From the IMG/VR virus record IMGVR_UViG_3300010271_000013: a stretch of 25,452 nucleotides of DNA. One strand, given 5' to 3'. Below, one piece after another: positions 1 to 9,783 of this stretch. Source of the DNA: a virus. Under the pieces are notes generated by a model, which had not been told where the DNA came from, ran no database searches, and was given only the letters and a program-made list of their open reading frames with translations. The first letter of the stretch is position 1. Every line of letters starts with the position of its first letter. The translations under genes and the position numbers were made by a program.

Positions 1-120
1 AGGGGAGGGTTGCATAACCAGTTTGCTCCTGAGACCCAAATACTTCCACCTTGCAGGGGAGGGTTGCATAACCAGTTTGCTCCTGAGACCCAAATACTTC
101 CACCTTGCAGGGGAGGGTTG
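1..120. repeat. Tandem direct repeats: two 54-bp units plus a partial third, identical to 25333..25452
   Basis: Seen directly: unit AGGGGAGGGTTGCATAACCAGTTTGCTCCTGAGACCCAAATACTTCCACCTTGC at 1..54 and 55..108, core restarts at 109. Bases 1..120 are identical to 25333..25452. Confidence 0.9.
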
Positions 121-122
121 CA

Positions 123-326
123 TCAGCCATCTTCACATCTTCCATTCAATTTTAGGCTTAAACTCAACTGGTTCTTCACTATAGAATATTCCAAGAGAAG
201 ACTCACATATTCACAGATCCTTTGCTCAAATGTGATCCCTTCATGGACCACCTTCACACCCTCGTGGGTGTAATACGCTGAGGCATGTTTCCTCGCGGTT
301 TTGAGCGATATTGGCATGCCACTCAC
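123..326 (-). CDS. hypothetical protein (67 aa)
   Basis: ORF directly abutting the 327..761 gene in the same minus-strand operon; stop codon at 123..125 at the repeat-array boundary. No recognisable motif. Confidence 0.3.
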   Translation of the reverse strand: MSGMPISLKTARKHASAYYTHEGVKVVHEGITFEQRICEYVSLLLEYSIVKNQLSLSLKLNGRCEDG

Positions 327-761
327 TCAGATGTAAGTATATGACACCCTTATCCCGAAGTTCACATTTCCTCCTGTTGCAGTGGAGGGGATCACAAGCT
401 TCAGCTTCAATGTATGCCCTTCACCTGATGCTATCGTTCCCAGTTCTTTCATCGTGTCCCCGCCAACACTTGTAAATTCAGTGTCCCCATTAGTCTCTGA
501 TTTTACATTCAGCCATTTATCCGCGACCACTTCTGACCCCTCCTCGGGGGTGCCCCCAGTGAGTTGGCCGGTTGCTGTCACGGTGGTGATCTGGACATTC
601 TCCATATCCGAAACGCCCTCTTCCTCATCCTTATTATTGTATATTATCAGGGTTATGACGGAGGATTCTTCCCCAGCATACCACCATCCAAAATCAAGGG
701 GGTTCTCAGCATTATACTGGTAGTTAAAGTTATCCCAGAATGTCACAATTGGTGCAGTCAT
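327..761 (-). CDS. hypothetical tail-module protein (144 aa)
   Basis: ORF downstream of the tape measure gene in the same orientation and tightly packed; function inferred from position only. Confidence 0.45.
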   Translation of the reverse strand: MTAPIVTFWDNFNYQYNAENPLDFGWWYAGEESSVITLIIYNNKDEEEGVSDMENVQITTVTATGQLTGGTPEEGSEVVADKWLNVKSETNGDTEFTSVGGDTMKELGTIASGEGHTLKLKLVIPSTATGGNVNFGIRVSYTYI

Positions 762-765
762 ACAT

Positions 766-1080
766 TCACACCTCCATACATTTTAGTTTCCATGAGTATT
801 TTCCAGGTTGTGAATTCATATCCGGGGCCCACCTCAAGTATATGACAGTGGCTCCCCACTCTTTTATCCTAACAATAAGATACTCCCTATACCGGGCCCC
901 ATCGTGACTCAGGAGAGTCCTGTTCTCCGGGCCCCCAGGGGCCTCCAGTTTCAGGTTCAGGGGTTTCGGTGAACGATTACGCAGCTTCAACATCCTCACA
1001 GGTCCCTCGCTGCCCGGACGCGTCTTCCCCATCCCCAACCGTAGCACGTCCCTGCCATAGGCATCCTCAAAGGTTATCAT
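766..1080 (-). CDS. hypothetical tail-module protein (104 aa)
   Basis: ORF whose start overlaps the stop of 1077..1418 by 4 nt (translational coupling). Confidence 0.45.
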   Translation of the reverse strand: MITFEDAYGRDVLRLGMGKTRPGSEGPVRMLKLRNRSPKPLNLKLEAPGGPENRTLLSHDGARYREYLIVRIKEWGATVIYLRWAPDMNSQPGKYSWKLKCMEV

Positions 1081-1418
1081 AGTTCCACCTCCACTTCAAG
1101 GGTGTACTCAAGGAGCTCCCCACTGAACTTGTCTATGACCCGCGTGACGTAGTGAAGAGCGCCTGTCCATGAATTTTCACCATCCGAAACATCAAGTAGT
1201 TCACCGCCCGCCACCTGGATGATGTTCCCCCCATTCACTAGTTTCGTGTTTGTGATCTGCTTGCTGGCGATCTCATTCCACGCGTCAACCTCAACCCATG
1301 GATCGTCATCCACATCCTCCCTTGAAACAGCACACTTCAGAGTGATCCGTCCATTCGCGTCAGGTCCCTCCACGCTGATTATATGGGATGGTTTCAGTCC
1401 TCCTATCGTCCATTCCAT
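1077..1418 (-). CDS. hypothetical tail-module protein (113 aa)
   Basis: ORF starting 2 nt after the tape measure stop, same strand. Confidence 0.45.
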   Translation of the reverse strand: MEWTIGGLKPSHIISVEGPDANGRITLKCAVSREDVDDDPWVEVDAWNEIASKQITNTKLVNGGNIIQVAGGELLDVSDGENSWTGALHYVTRVIDKFSGELLEYTLEVEVEL

Positions 1419-1419
1419 A

Positions 1420-4400
1420 TCATATCCTCCTCATGAGGCTTGTGCCACCTTTAAGGTACATCTGGGTTTGCAGTCCATTGTTCACTGTTTCAAGTATACT
1501 CTCCCCTATAGTGCGTCCTACTTCCCTGGCAGTTTCTTTATCCTCAACTCCGTTAATGTTCTCTATCCTGACCTCATTCTTCACAGTCATTTGGGGTGTG
1601 CTCTCCGCTGGGGGTGTGCCCTCAAGGCGGCTGGGGAGTGTGAAGCCCCCGAATAAGAGGCCTGATGAGTCTTTCAGTCCCGCGTTGAAGCTACCCCCGA
1701 GACTGTACCCGTACCCGTACATCACTTCATCCGTCAAGTCCTTGAGGGGGCCCTCCCTTGGCGGTGATCTTGGGAGGTATTTTCTGATGATCGCGAGGGC
1801 TTTCTGCAGTCCAGGGATCTGTGATAGTATACCCTGTGTGAGGTTCCGGATGAATGACGCCCCCCACTCCCTGAACTTGGAGGCTATGCCACTGAAATTA
1901 GGGAGAGGTAGGCGTGGCCACTTGAATCCTGAGAATGAAGACTTCACCTTGGAGGTGAATGTGGACCACGCCCTCCTGAATGCCCCGAGGATATCAGGCA
2001 TGGATACGTTGGGGAGTCTGGGCCACCTGAACCTGGGGATATTGGATGACACCCATGACCTGAATTTGGCCCAAGCGGATTGGATAGCTCCGACTATGTT
2101 GGGTATTGTGATGTTAGGTAGGCGTGGCCACCTGAATCGGGGTATATTGGATGATACCCATGACGTGAATTTGGCCCAAGCGGATTGGATAGCAGTCACA
2201 GGGTTAGGTATGCTGAGGCTGGGAAGTCTTGGCCATTTGAAAGTGGGAATATGTTCCTTAACCCATCCTGTGAATTTGTTCCACATCTCCTGCAGAGCCG
2301 TTACAGGATTAGGAAGAGGAAGTTTAGGTAGTTGTGGCCATTTAAATGTTGGTATGCGGGTCATGACCCACACTTTGAAGTCATTCCATACTTGCCCAAA
2401 GCCTTCGATGATGTACTTTCCGGGGTCCCTAAATAATTTTGAAAGTTCCTCACGGATAGGATCCTCAATGTAGGTCTTGATATTCTGCATCAGCGCTTCC
2501 TTTAGTTTGCTCCACTTTTCAGGGCCATAGATCCCCTCAAAAAGTTTTTCAGGGGAAAACATGTTTTTAATGGAATCAGGAAGTAATGAAAGAGGTGTCG
2601 GCCCGAATAAGGATGTTGGATCAGAGAGTGCTCTGTTTAGGTATTCCCTAAAGTTTGCGAGTATATCTACACTTAAAAGAGCGACACCAACTCCTTCACC
2701 GATACCCCTTATAAGCAAGGATCCTATACGGGAACCTAACTCTGGGATACTAACCCTTGCAGCGTCATCAACACTCCCTGTAAATCTCTCTAGGAGGGTC
2801 CTTGCAGCGTCATCAATCTGAGTATCCCCTATAGTTAAATCTATTTTGGGGAGTTTGAATTTGAATTCTGCAGGGATCTCAATTTTAGGTGTTAAACGGC
2901 CTGTCTCATCACCAAGGATCCTCTTAATCGTGTCAATAAACCCCTTAATGATATCCTTTGCTTTGCCCGCCGCCTTATCAAATCCTTCAGATAATGTATC
3001 TATGAGGCGGCGTGACAGTTCCTCAGGCAACCTTCCCTTCAATTCATCGAATCCGTCGGACAATAGCCTCCTGATAGCCCCAGTGACACGTGGGATGAGT
3101 CTCTTTAAGCCTTCGGCAAGGTACTCAGCGGCTTTTGCGAATACCCCAACAAGCAGTGATTCTCCGATTAGGCCCATGTCACCGAAAAAATCGTTCAACC
3201 ACATCGCGAACTGATCCAGATAGTACCTTATCCATCCTAATATATCCCTATGTTCTTTCGCTGATTTACCGAGCGCTTTGTTCATCCTCTCAGATTCCTC
3301 TTCAGTCACCTTACTCGTGGTTTTCCAGTTACTTGCCACCTGTGCCAGCGCTGGCCCCACTGATTCACCAAAAACCTCAGTGGCAACCCTAACACGTTCC
3401 TGCTGATCAGGAATCTGAGAAAGAACCTCTATAAAATCAAAAAGCACATCCTTGAATGGCCGCAGGTTTCCATGAGCGTCCCTCACAGCCACCCCAAATC
3501 CCTCGAGTTTATCACTGTACTTTTTTACGCTTTCCCCGCCTTCAACCCATGAACTTGATATCTCTGCTAGATCCCTAGCAAATGGCCTCAGAATCCGTGT
3601 GCCTATGGGGCCTACTGATGCAATTATCCTGGCTGTATCCTCCACATTCAAACCTGCTTGTTTGAAAAAATATCCAAGGCGATCAACGGTATCAATGAAC
3701 TGTGTGAATGATGGGTAACCTGAGACCCTCCATAACCCAAGGAGCAGGTTCACTGTATCTGTTGAGTCTTGTACACTGACATTGAAGTCCCTAAAGACCC
3801 TTGCAAGTGCAAGTGTCACTGTGGATGCATCCTCACCACTCCTTTTAACCCCAAGGAGGGCTGCTTTAAAGTATCCCATAGTCAGGTTCACATCATTGGT
3901 GTAGGCTGCAAGTGTGTACATCACTGACGCTGTTCCCTTCATCCCTAGTGAGTAGACATAGTTTTCACGGATTAGATCCTCCATGGCTTCTCTCTGACTT
4001 TGAGTTGCATTTGTGAGGATTGCTGACTGCTCAATTATCTTATTATAATTCAAGAGCTCAAGTGTTTTATTATATGAGAAGAATCCCGCCGTTAAGCCAG
4101 CGACTTTTGAGGTTAAACCATCAACAGCTCCGGTGAATGTGTTTGTTGTCTCAGCAGCTGTTTCCATTGATTCTGTATCCACCGTGATCGTAGTGTCATA
4201 TGTTGTCCCATCAATCTCCTCAAGTTTTTCTTTGAAGTTTTCAATGTTTTCCTCGTTAACATCCGCGTTCAGTGTAGTTGTGACCTCATCAGGGATATCA
4301 CCTAGAAGTCCCTGTAGTCTCTCAACTATTTCTGTAGCGTTGTCATCAACATTTAATGAGATATCCACAGTGGATGGGAGCTCACTAAGAAGTTCTTTCA

Positions 4401-4800
4401 GGTTTGTGATTGGTTCTGTAGCGTTATCATCAACATTCAATGTTATGTTAAATTCATCAGAGAGTCTCTCCTTCAAAGAATCAAGCACATCAGATGCATT
4501 ATCCTCCGCGGTGAGGGTTACATTCACTTCTGATGGTAAACCATCCACAAGGTCCTTAATATTTGTGATGGTCTCTGTGGCAAAGTCATCGAATGCAGAA
4601 ATTGTGATTTCAACATCTGAGGGTAAAGTTTCAAGAGAATCCTGGATTGTCTCAAGTATTGGGGTGACAGTATCCTCTGTGGTGATATCTACTTCGACTG
4701 ATCCTGGCAGGTTGGACAGTGCATTGTTTAAATCGTTTAAACCGTTCACCACTTCCTCGGCATCCATTCTGACTTGCACGGCAAGTTCATGATCAGTCAT
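1420..4800 (-). CDS. tail tape measure protein (1126 aa)
   Basis: Longest ORF in the window, in the tail module. Five C-terminal 35-aa repeats with W/F at fixed spacing ([87 protein letters not shown] and others) and N-terminal ~28-aa repeats, as is typical of tape measure proteins. GGAGG Shine-Dalgarno-like motif about 9 nt upstream of the ATG on the minus strand. Confidence 0.75.
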   Translation of the reverse strand: MTDHELAVQVRMDAEEVVNGLNDLNNALSNLPGSVEVDITTEDTVTPILETIQDSLETLPSDVEITISAFDDFATETITNIKDLVDGLPSEVNVTLTAEDNASDVLDSLKERLSDEFNITLNVDDNATEPITNLKELLSELPSTVDISLNVDDNATEIVERLQGLLGDIPDEVTTTLNADVNEENIENFKEKLEEIDGTTYDTTITVDTESMETAAETTNTFTGAVDGLTSKVAGLTAGFFSYNKTLELLNYNKIIEQSAILTNATQSQREAMEDLIRENYVYSLGMKGTASVMYTLAAYTNDVNLTMGYFKAALLGVKRSGEDASTVTLALARVFRDFNVSVQDSTDTVNLLLGLWRVSGYPSFTQFIDTVDRLGYFFKQAGLNVEDTARIIASVGPIGTRILRPFARDLAEISSSWVEGGESVKKYSDKLEGFGVAVRDAHGNLRPFKDVLFDFIEVLSQIPDQQERVRVATEVFGESVGPALAQVASNWKTTSKVTEEESERMNKALGKSAKEHRDILGWIRYYLDQFAMWLNDFFGDMGLIGESLLVGVFAKAAEYLAEGLKRLIPRVTGAIRRLLSDGFDELKGRLPEELSRRLIDTLSEGFDKAAGKAKDIIKGFIDTIKRILGDETGRLTPKIEIPAEFKFKLPKIDLTIGDTQIDDAARTLLERFTGSVDDAARVSIPELGSRIGSLLIRGIGEGVGVALLSVDILANFREYLNRALSDPTSLFGPTPLSLLPDSIKNMFSPEKLFEGIYGPEKWSKLKEALMQNIKTYIEDPIREELSKLFRDPGKYIIEGFGQVWNDFKVWVMTRIPTFKWPQLPKLPLPNPVTALQEMWNKFTGWVKEHIPTFKWPRLPSLSIPNPVTAIQSAWAKFTSWVSSNIPRFRWPRLPNITIPNIVGAIQSAWAKFRSWVSSNIPRFRWPRLPNVSMPDILGAFRRAWSTFTSKVKSSFSGFKWPRLPLPNFSGIASKFREWGASFIRNLTQGILSQIPGLQKALAIIRKYLPRSPPREGPLKDLTDEVMYGYGYSLGGSFNAGLKDSSGLLFGGFTLPSRLEGTPPAESTPQMTVKNEVRIENINGVEDKETAREVGRTIGESILETVNNGLQTQMYLKGGTSLMRRI
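1830..2370. repeat. In-frame ~105-bp tandem repeats (5 copies) inside the tape measure gene; coordinates approximate
   Basis: Near-identical DNA blocks around 2020..2090 and 2125..2195 (GGCCACCTGAA...CCCATGAC.TGAATTTGGCCCAAGCGGATTGGATAGC), matching the 35-aa protein repeats. Confidence 0.7.
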
Positions 4801-4843
4801 CCATCAACTCCTCCTGGAGAGAAAACATTTATTTTTATGTCAA

Positions 4844-5557
4844 GTGAAAAATAGTATTGGGGTGTTTGTGTTGAAGCTTCAATGTAAAGAATGCGGCAGG
4901 GAGTACACATTACAGGATGATGAAGACCCCATGGATTACACATGCGAATGCGGGGGGAACCTAGAGAAAGACGAAGATCTAAGTGTATTAAAAGGCAGCA
5001 TATACCTTGCATTTATGTGGTTAGCGGCAGCTACAAATGGGGGTATCCAGGGGTTAGGGCTTCTTCTAATAGAATTGATATTATTCATTTTGCCAGCTAT
5101 AATCATATCAGCCATAATTCTCCGCGAAAAAAACCCTAAAGAATTACTTGGCATTGAGGGCATCCTATTCATCATATTAGGCATAATCGTCATCCATGAC
5201 CCTAAAAGCCTGATCTATGGTGCCTTCGGTATATTAGGATTACTAGCAGGGGTGGTCCTAACCATTGAAGGAGTGCTTGGCACTATTAAAGGAGATTCTG
5301 ATAAAGAAGGGCCCAGGGAAGTAGAAGGAGGTTTCCATGTCCTCCACGCAACAGCTATCCTCCTAGGAAGTTACATTGCATTACTTCTGATCAACCCCAC
5401 TGCAAGTGAAAGTGAGGGTATCATGGCCCTCACTATCATGTTCCTAGTTCCAATCCTCACTGCACTAAGCATAATCTACAGGAAAGATAACCCTAAACCT
5501 CTTAGATCAGTCCAATTAATAACCGCTATGATCATCTTATTCGTCCTCATCATTTAA
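4844..5557 (+). CDS. multi-pass membrane protein with N-terminal CxxC...CxC zinc-ribbon-like motif (237 aa); true start may be an internal GTG or TTG
   Basis: Only long ORF in the 4801..5536 gap and on the opposite strand to its neighbours. N-terminus CKECGREYT...YTCECGG, followed by about six hydrophobic helix-length segments separated by charged loops. Overlapping minus-strand ORFs translate to low-complexity sequence. Confidence 0.5.
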   Translation: MKNSIGVFVLKLQCKECGREYTLQDDEDPMDYTCECGGNLEKDEDLSVLKGSIYLAFMWLAAATNGGIQGLGLLLIELILFILPAIIISAIILREKNPKELLGIEGILFIILGIIVIHDPKSLIYGAFGILGLLAGVVLTIEGVLGTIKGDSDKEGPREVEGGFHVLHATAILLGSYIALLLINPTASESEGIMALTIMFLVPILTALSIIYRKDNPKPLRSVQLITAMIILFVLII

Positions 5558-6276
5558 AGAATAATTTATCCTTTTGAGGGCCTCTAGTTTTTTCTCAATC
5601 TCCTCCTTGGAGGGTTTCACCCTGGGGGGTTCCATATGAGCCAGGTGATATTCTATGAATACACTGTACTCAAGTTCAAGTATCTCCCTTAAGCTCCACC
5701 CTGTCTTCATGCTGAGCTGGTAGATCCCCCTTTTGAGGGAGATCCACTCCTCCTCCGGGTTCCACTCTTTTTTTCAGTATTTTCAGTACCCCTAGGGTCT
5801 AGTTCATCAGTGGATACCCCTATGATATCAGGGTTCCCAAGTTCTAACATGATATTCACGATCTCTGTGACCATGTATGGGGCTAATTCTACGTCGGGTA
5901 GACTGTCAATGTACTCTGTTAGGGTCCCCTGAGCTTCCGCTTCCTTGTATTCTTTAGTGTCCCTGTACAGGGCCCTCTTCAAGCCTCTCTGCGCTAAGGG
6001 GTAACTTATCCTGCTGACCTCCACTGTGAGTTTATCTATCCTATCCTTTAGTTCTTTAATTTTCTTCGCATCATCCTCTGAGACGCCCTCCCCACTCTCT
6101 AGCCTCCCGATGAATTCCTGGTAGGCTGTTGCTATCTCCAATGCCTCATTCCTTTTTTCGATGAGGGGGATCACATATTCACTGTCAACAACCCTGTACC
6201 CTTCGAGTTCTACTTCGGTACCGTCCAGTTTAACCTTTTTCCTCCTCAGAAAAGAGAAACGTTTGGGGGTGGTCAA
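5537..6276 (-). CDS. predicted G-T chaperone fusion made by programmed -1 ribosomal frameshift (about 247 aa)
   Basis: After the heptamer at 5767..5775 the -1 frame stays open for 76 codons ([76 protein letters not shown]) to TAA at 5537..5539. Frameshifting itself is an inference. Confidence 0.35.
5707..6276 (-). CDS. putative tail assembly chaperone, G-like (189 aa)
   Basis: Sits between the putative major tail protein gene and the tape measure gene; acidic product; carries a canonical -1 slippery heptamer 18 codons before its stop. Confidence 0.45.
   Translation of the reverse strand: MTTPKRFSFLRRKKVKLDGTEVELEGYRVVDSEYVIPLIEKRNEALEIATAYQEFIGRLESGEGVSEDDAKKIKELKDRIDKLTVEVSRISYPLAQRGLKRALYRDTKEYKEAEAQGTLTEYIDSLPDVELAPYMVTEIVNIMLELGNPDIIGVSTDELDPRGTENTEKKSGTRRRSGSPSKGGSTSSA
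5767..5775 (-). other. canonical -1 frameshift slippery heptamer A_AAA_AAG in the zero frame of the chaperone gene
   Basis: Minus strand reads GAA AAA AAG in the zero frame of the 5707..6276 ORF (plus strand CTTTTTTTC). Frame verified by counting codons back from the stop at 5707..5709. Confidence 0.45.
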
Positions 6277-6287
6277 AGCGGGTCACC

Positions 6288-7022
6288 TTAAACTTTTGGT
6301 ATTACTAGTGTTGGTGTGTCTGAAACGGTCATCTCAAGGGTGAATGACAGGTTATCCCCGGCTTTCCCTCCGGGTATGTCAGGTTTCAGTTTCACATTTT
6401 CAAAGTAGAACCGTCCCAGTGTCTCCCCATCCACGTGGTATACGGTGTACCCGTATAGGTTGAGGGGTTTGTCACGGAGTTTATACTGCTCGGCCCCTGT
6501 GGTCTCACCCACCTTGTAGTACATTAGTTTTCTGAACTGCTCCAAACCATTCTTGGAGAGTATCTGCTCAGATTTTAGGGTGATTGTGGTGCCAGCGTAG
6601 CTTGTTATCTTCGCCGACTCATTTAATACGCTGACCTCCTTCGTGTCCTGCTTCACATCAGGGGTCACATCCTGGGCAAGGAATGGTTCCATCTCCTCCA
6701 CATATGATACTTTCACACTATCCCCTGTGTCTGGTGCTGATGCGAGACTGAAACCCTCAGCATAGCCTTCAGATTCATTGAATAGGATTGTTGAGACTGT
6801 TGCTGCTTCCCCATCAACTGTTACTGTGACATCTTCTGGTTTCACTGTCAGGTCATTACAGCTCCTGGGGAATATCGGCGGATTATTCACATAAAAATCC
6901 TTATTCGTCCCGTCTATATCCCCTATTGGGGTTTCCTCCTGCACAGGTATCCCAAGGAAGAACCCAACATTCTCCCCTGTCAGTATAGTTTCTGCTAGTT
7001 TATCCACAATCATATCCATCAC
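6288..7022 (-). CDS. putative major tail protein (244 aa)
   Basis: Position immediately upstream of the chaperone gene in the conserved siphovirus order; size appropriate. No motif recognised. Confidence 0.35.
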   Translation of the reverse strand: MMDMIVDKLAETILTGENVGFFLGIPVQEETPIGDIDGTNKDFYVNNPPIFPRSCNDLTVKPEDVTVTVDGEAATVSTILFNESEGYAEGFSLASAPDTGDSVKVSYVEEMEPFLAQDVTPDVKQDTKEVSVLNESAKITSYAGTTITLKSEQILSKNGLEQFRKLMYYKVGETTGAEQYKLRDKPLNLYGYTVYHVDGETLGRFYFENVKLKPDIPGGKAGDNLSFTLEMTVSDTPTLVIPKV

Positions 7023-7435
7023 CTCATATTCAATTCAATCTCAAGCGTAACATCAAAAAGGACATAATACCTTCTATCATCCACTATATCCTGCCTGATA
7101 TCCTTATCCCACCTAAGTAGGCGTACACGCGCACCGCCAACCTTTGTGTAGAGAAATTCTCTCATGATCGCTTCCAGCGCATCATTCCTTTTTTTCACAG
7201 CGTCTGTGACGCTACCATCTACTTTCCACACACCTGTAAGATGCCCCTCAAGCATGGCCCTGTAAAGCTTCCCCTCAAGGATAGGCTCAAGTTTTTTCAG
7301 CTCCTTCAAGCTGATTATGATGACTGATTCTCCCTCAATTTTCTCATTAAAGTCCAGTACAACAGTGTCACTGATACCAAGGGCCTCTAATCTTTCTTTG
7401 AATGCAATTTCTAATGAGTTCATGATATCAGCCAC
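7019..7435 (-). CDS. hypothetical head-tail joining or tail protein (138 aa)
   Basis: ORF whose stop overlaps the start of the next gene by 4 nt; lies between capsid and tail genes. Confidence 0.45.
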   Translation of the reverse strand: MADIMNSLEIAFKERLEALGISDTVVLDFNEKIEGESVIIISLKELKKLEPILEGKLYRAMLEGHLTGVWKVDGSVTDAVKKRNDALEAIMREFLYTKVGGARVRLLRWDKDIRQDIVDDRRYYVLFDVTLEIELNMR

Positions 7436-7824
7436 TCGATAAATGAATCCTCCACGATCCCCTTTGCATCGATGTACATTACAATGGCGGAGAAGTAATC
7501 GTTTGGTGGAGCGGGTCGGGCATAGGCCACTGGATGCAGGAGTTCAGGCCAATAGAGGGCCTTTTTCTCCACTGGGAAGACCCATCCACGGCCATAGAGG
7601 ACCCATTGGAGATATGGGACTGTGTTGGTGAGTTCACCAGTTGACCCTTCAACGCTCCATGTGTGGCTGATCCTGAGTTCCCCAGTCTTAACCGGGGCTG
7701 TGTTCATCGCTATCTCCTCTAACTCAATCATGAGGAGTGTGACTGTCTGCTCTATCCGATCCTCAACCTCACTGTACTTCTCTAGTAGGGCCTCTGGCTT
7801 TTCAATGTCAATCCTTATTGTCAT
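7420..7824 (-). CDS. hypothetical head-tail joining protein (134 aa)
   Basis: Overlapping start and stop with both neighbours; function inferred from position. Confidence 0.45.
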   Translation of the reverse strand: MTIRIDIEKPEALLEKYSEVEDRIEQTVTLLMIELEEIAMNTAPVKTGELRISHTWSVEGSTGELTNTVPYLQWVLYGRGWVFPVEKKALYWPELLHPVAYARPAPPNDYFSAIVMYIDAKGIVEDSFIEWLIS

Positions 7825-8159
7825 GTTTTCACCCTTTTCAAGTGTAATTCCTGATGGGTCCGGTTAGGGACGATCAGGTTGACAGTGTATTCCTTGCCAT
7901 CCACTTCCAGTTCATCACCCTCATCAATCTCCAAGTCCAGGATGGTTAGGGCGTAGGCATCGTATCCTATGACATGCTGCCCCATCACTAGGCGCTCATT
8001 CCCTGTGTTCACATGAAAGAACACCTTAATGCTGGTCTCTGTATCCTCAGTGATTGGTTGACCCCGCTCATCCCTACCATTCATGACCTTGTGGATGAGT
8101 TTCGCATCCATGCCATACTTGTATATGAGTTGGTTGAACCTGGTCACACTGGGTTTCAT
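7821..8159 (-). CDS. hypothetical head-tail joining protein (112 aa)
   Basis: 4-nt overlap with the downstream gene; function inferred from position. Confidence 0.45.
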   Translation of the reverse strand: MKPSVTRFNQLIYKYGMDAKLIHKVMNGRDERGQPITEDTETSIKVFFHVNTGNERLVMGQHVIGYDAYALTILDLEIDEGDELEVDGKEYTVNLIVPNRTHQELHLKRVKT

Positions 8160-8169
8160 GGAGCATCAC

Positions 8170-8505
8170 TCACTCATCCTGTCGGGGCCTCCAGATCCTG
8201 ATTCCTTGGAGTCGGAGGAGGGCGCCCCTGAATCGTTGGATGGAGGGATGATCGAGGGGGGGTCTCATTGTGACGCTGAACTTGCCATCAGTGAATGATG
8301 AGACGTCATCGTCGCCGAGGTGGAGTGCCTGTAGGACGCCCGCAGTCACGTACTCGTCCTTCACATCCTCAGGGGCGGTTGGGTTGATCCTGTTCGCTCT
8401 GACAGTGTACTCCTCTATCTTGCGTTCGATGAATGCTCTCTCCTCATCACTCACTGTGCCCCTCTGAAGCTCGATCATGATGTCCTCGACTGTGACTGTC
8501 ATCAA
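8170..8505 (-). CDS. hypothetical head-tail joining protein (111 aa)
   Basis: ORF in the operon between capsid and tail genes. Confidence 0.45.
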   Translation of the reverse strand: MMTVTVEDIMIELQRGTVSDEERAFIERKIEEYTVRANRINPTAPEDVKDEYVTAGVLQALHLGDDDVSSFTDGKFSVTMRPPLDHPSIQRFRGALLRLQGIRIWRPRQDE

Positions 8506-8516
8506 AGATCACCACA

Positions 8517-8804
8517 TCACTCTGGTGGTGGGGCCTCCAGGGACTTCACTTTCTCTGAGAGGTAGTAGAGGCTGAGGATCAGCATCGATGTTAACCTGTA
8601 GAGATCGTCTATGCTCTTCCTCTTGCCCGGCGCTGCAGTGACGTAACCGTTAGCCTTCAGGACCTTGTATGCTAGCATGGAGAATTCTCTGAGCAGGTCG
8701 GGTGGCTGGTCAAAGAATGCTGTGAAGTCATCAACACTGACATTGTACTTTGATACAAGGTTGGCCATTTGCTGTGTCAGTTCTTCATTTACCTGGAGAG
8801 GCAA
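8517..8804 (-). CDS. hypothetical protein (95 aa)
   Basis: ORF immediately downstream of the putative capsid gene. Confidence 0.45.
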   Translation of the reverse strand: MPLQVNEELTQQMANLVSKYNVSVDDFTAFFDQPPDLLREFSMLAYKVLKANGYVTAAPGKRKSIDDLYRLTSMLILSLYYLSEKVKSLEAPPPE

Positions 8805-8817
8805 CTATACACCCCCC

Positions 8818-9765
8818 TTAGCTTGTCTCTATGATGGCGGAGACGGCGCCGTCCTCATCCTCATAATGGCAATCAGCCCTGAGACTCACAATGTACTCTG
8901 TACGTCTCATAGGGGCATCCCTCTGCGGCTCCACCTTTATGTTACGCCAGAACCCGTAGACCAGGTTGGTGGGTACTGTGAGAAGGGCCCTCACCTTCCC
9001 ATCCTGGAGAGCATCAAGGGCCGGGACGTACTGGACGGGTAGGCCCTGATATGTCAGGTTAGGACCACCGATTATTGCCTGATCACCCACCGCTGATTCT
9101 CTGCCCTTCAAGTACTCCCTGTACGCTTCAAGGATATCCCATGAGACATAGAATTTCATCTGGGGTATCATCTGTTTGTACCGGTTAGGGACCTTCCCGA
9201 GCATCTCATCAAATAGGCTGAGTGGCCAGTCATCATCCGTTGGGCTTGCCGTTGTTGCCTGATTACCAGCCAGTTTCATCCAACCATCATTTATCTTGTA
9301 GAGCGCCCTGTCACCCGTGTAACTGGTGTCGGCGTGTAGGAAGAAGCATTCAAGGTCATAGCTCACACCCTGACCCAGGAGGGTGACGAGGGTCTGCTCG
9401 AACTGGGCCCTCTCAATGTTATCCTCGAGGGTCTCATCCTCTATGCTGATCTTGGTGATGAGCTCCTTCATGCTCAGGGTGTTAGTGGTGACATCCACTG
9501 AGTCATCTGTTGGGGCGACCTTTGCACCTGTATTGTCCCTACCAGCTTCCAACTGGACATTCAATCCGATACGTGAAATGTCCACCTCATAGGATTGTAG
9601 GGCATTCAGTATCCTCGCCTCCCCTATCAGGGATGATGATTCCCTGACTTCCCTGACGAACTGTCCGAACCTCTGGACTGGTAGGACTCCCCGGCCAAGG
9701 TCAGGGACATCTATCTTGGGGACTATTGCGAATGGTCTCGTATTGTACATGTCCATCATATCCAT
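8818..9765 (-). CDS. putative major capsid protein (315 aa)
   Basis: Size and position downstream of portal, head-morphogenesis and scaffold-like genes. No diagnostic motif seen by eye. Confidence 0.45.
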   Translation of the reverse strand: MDMMDMYNTRPFAIVPKIDVPDLGRGVLPVQRFGQFVREVRESSSLIGEARILNALQSYEVDISRIGLNVQLEAGRDNTGAKVAPTDDSVDVTTNTLSMKELITKISIEDETLEDNIERAQFEQTLVTLLGQGVSYDLECFFLHADTSYTGDRALYKINDGWMKLAGNQATTASPTDDDWPLSLFDEMLGKVPNRYKQMIPQMKFYVSWDILEAYREYLKGRESAVGDQAIIGGPNLTYQGLPVQYVPALDALQDGKVRALLTVPTNLVYGFWRNIKVEPQRDAPMRRTEYIVSLRADCHYEDEDGAVSAIIETS

Positions 9766-9783
9766 TGTATCACCTCAAATCTT

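Noticed and set aside
1-120. Terminal repeat array read as a CRISPR array
   Set aside because: The conserved core is only 14 bp, the intervening segments are duplicated rather than unique, both unit lengths are multiples of three, and no cas genes are present.
10-273. Plus-strand ORF (87 aa) running through the repeat array
   Set aside because: Its openness is a by-product of the in-frame repeat periodicity. It is on the strand opposite the operon and has no start or ribosome-binding context.
382-845. Plus-strand ORFs 382..723 and 564..845
   Set aside because: Antisense to minus-strand genes that fit the operon; low-complexity translations.
1388-2473. Plus-strand 361-aa ORF with internal repeats
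   Set aside because: It lies wholly antisense within the tape measure gene and its repeats only mirror the tape measure repeats. The same applies to 2561..2821, 2846..3214, 3135..3392 and the Ser/Thr-rich 4133..4792.
4797-5193. Minus-strand ORFs 4797..5012 and 4936..5193
   Set aside because: Met/Asn/Arg-rich low-complexity translations; the plus-strand membrane protein ORF explains the region better.
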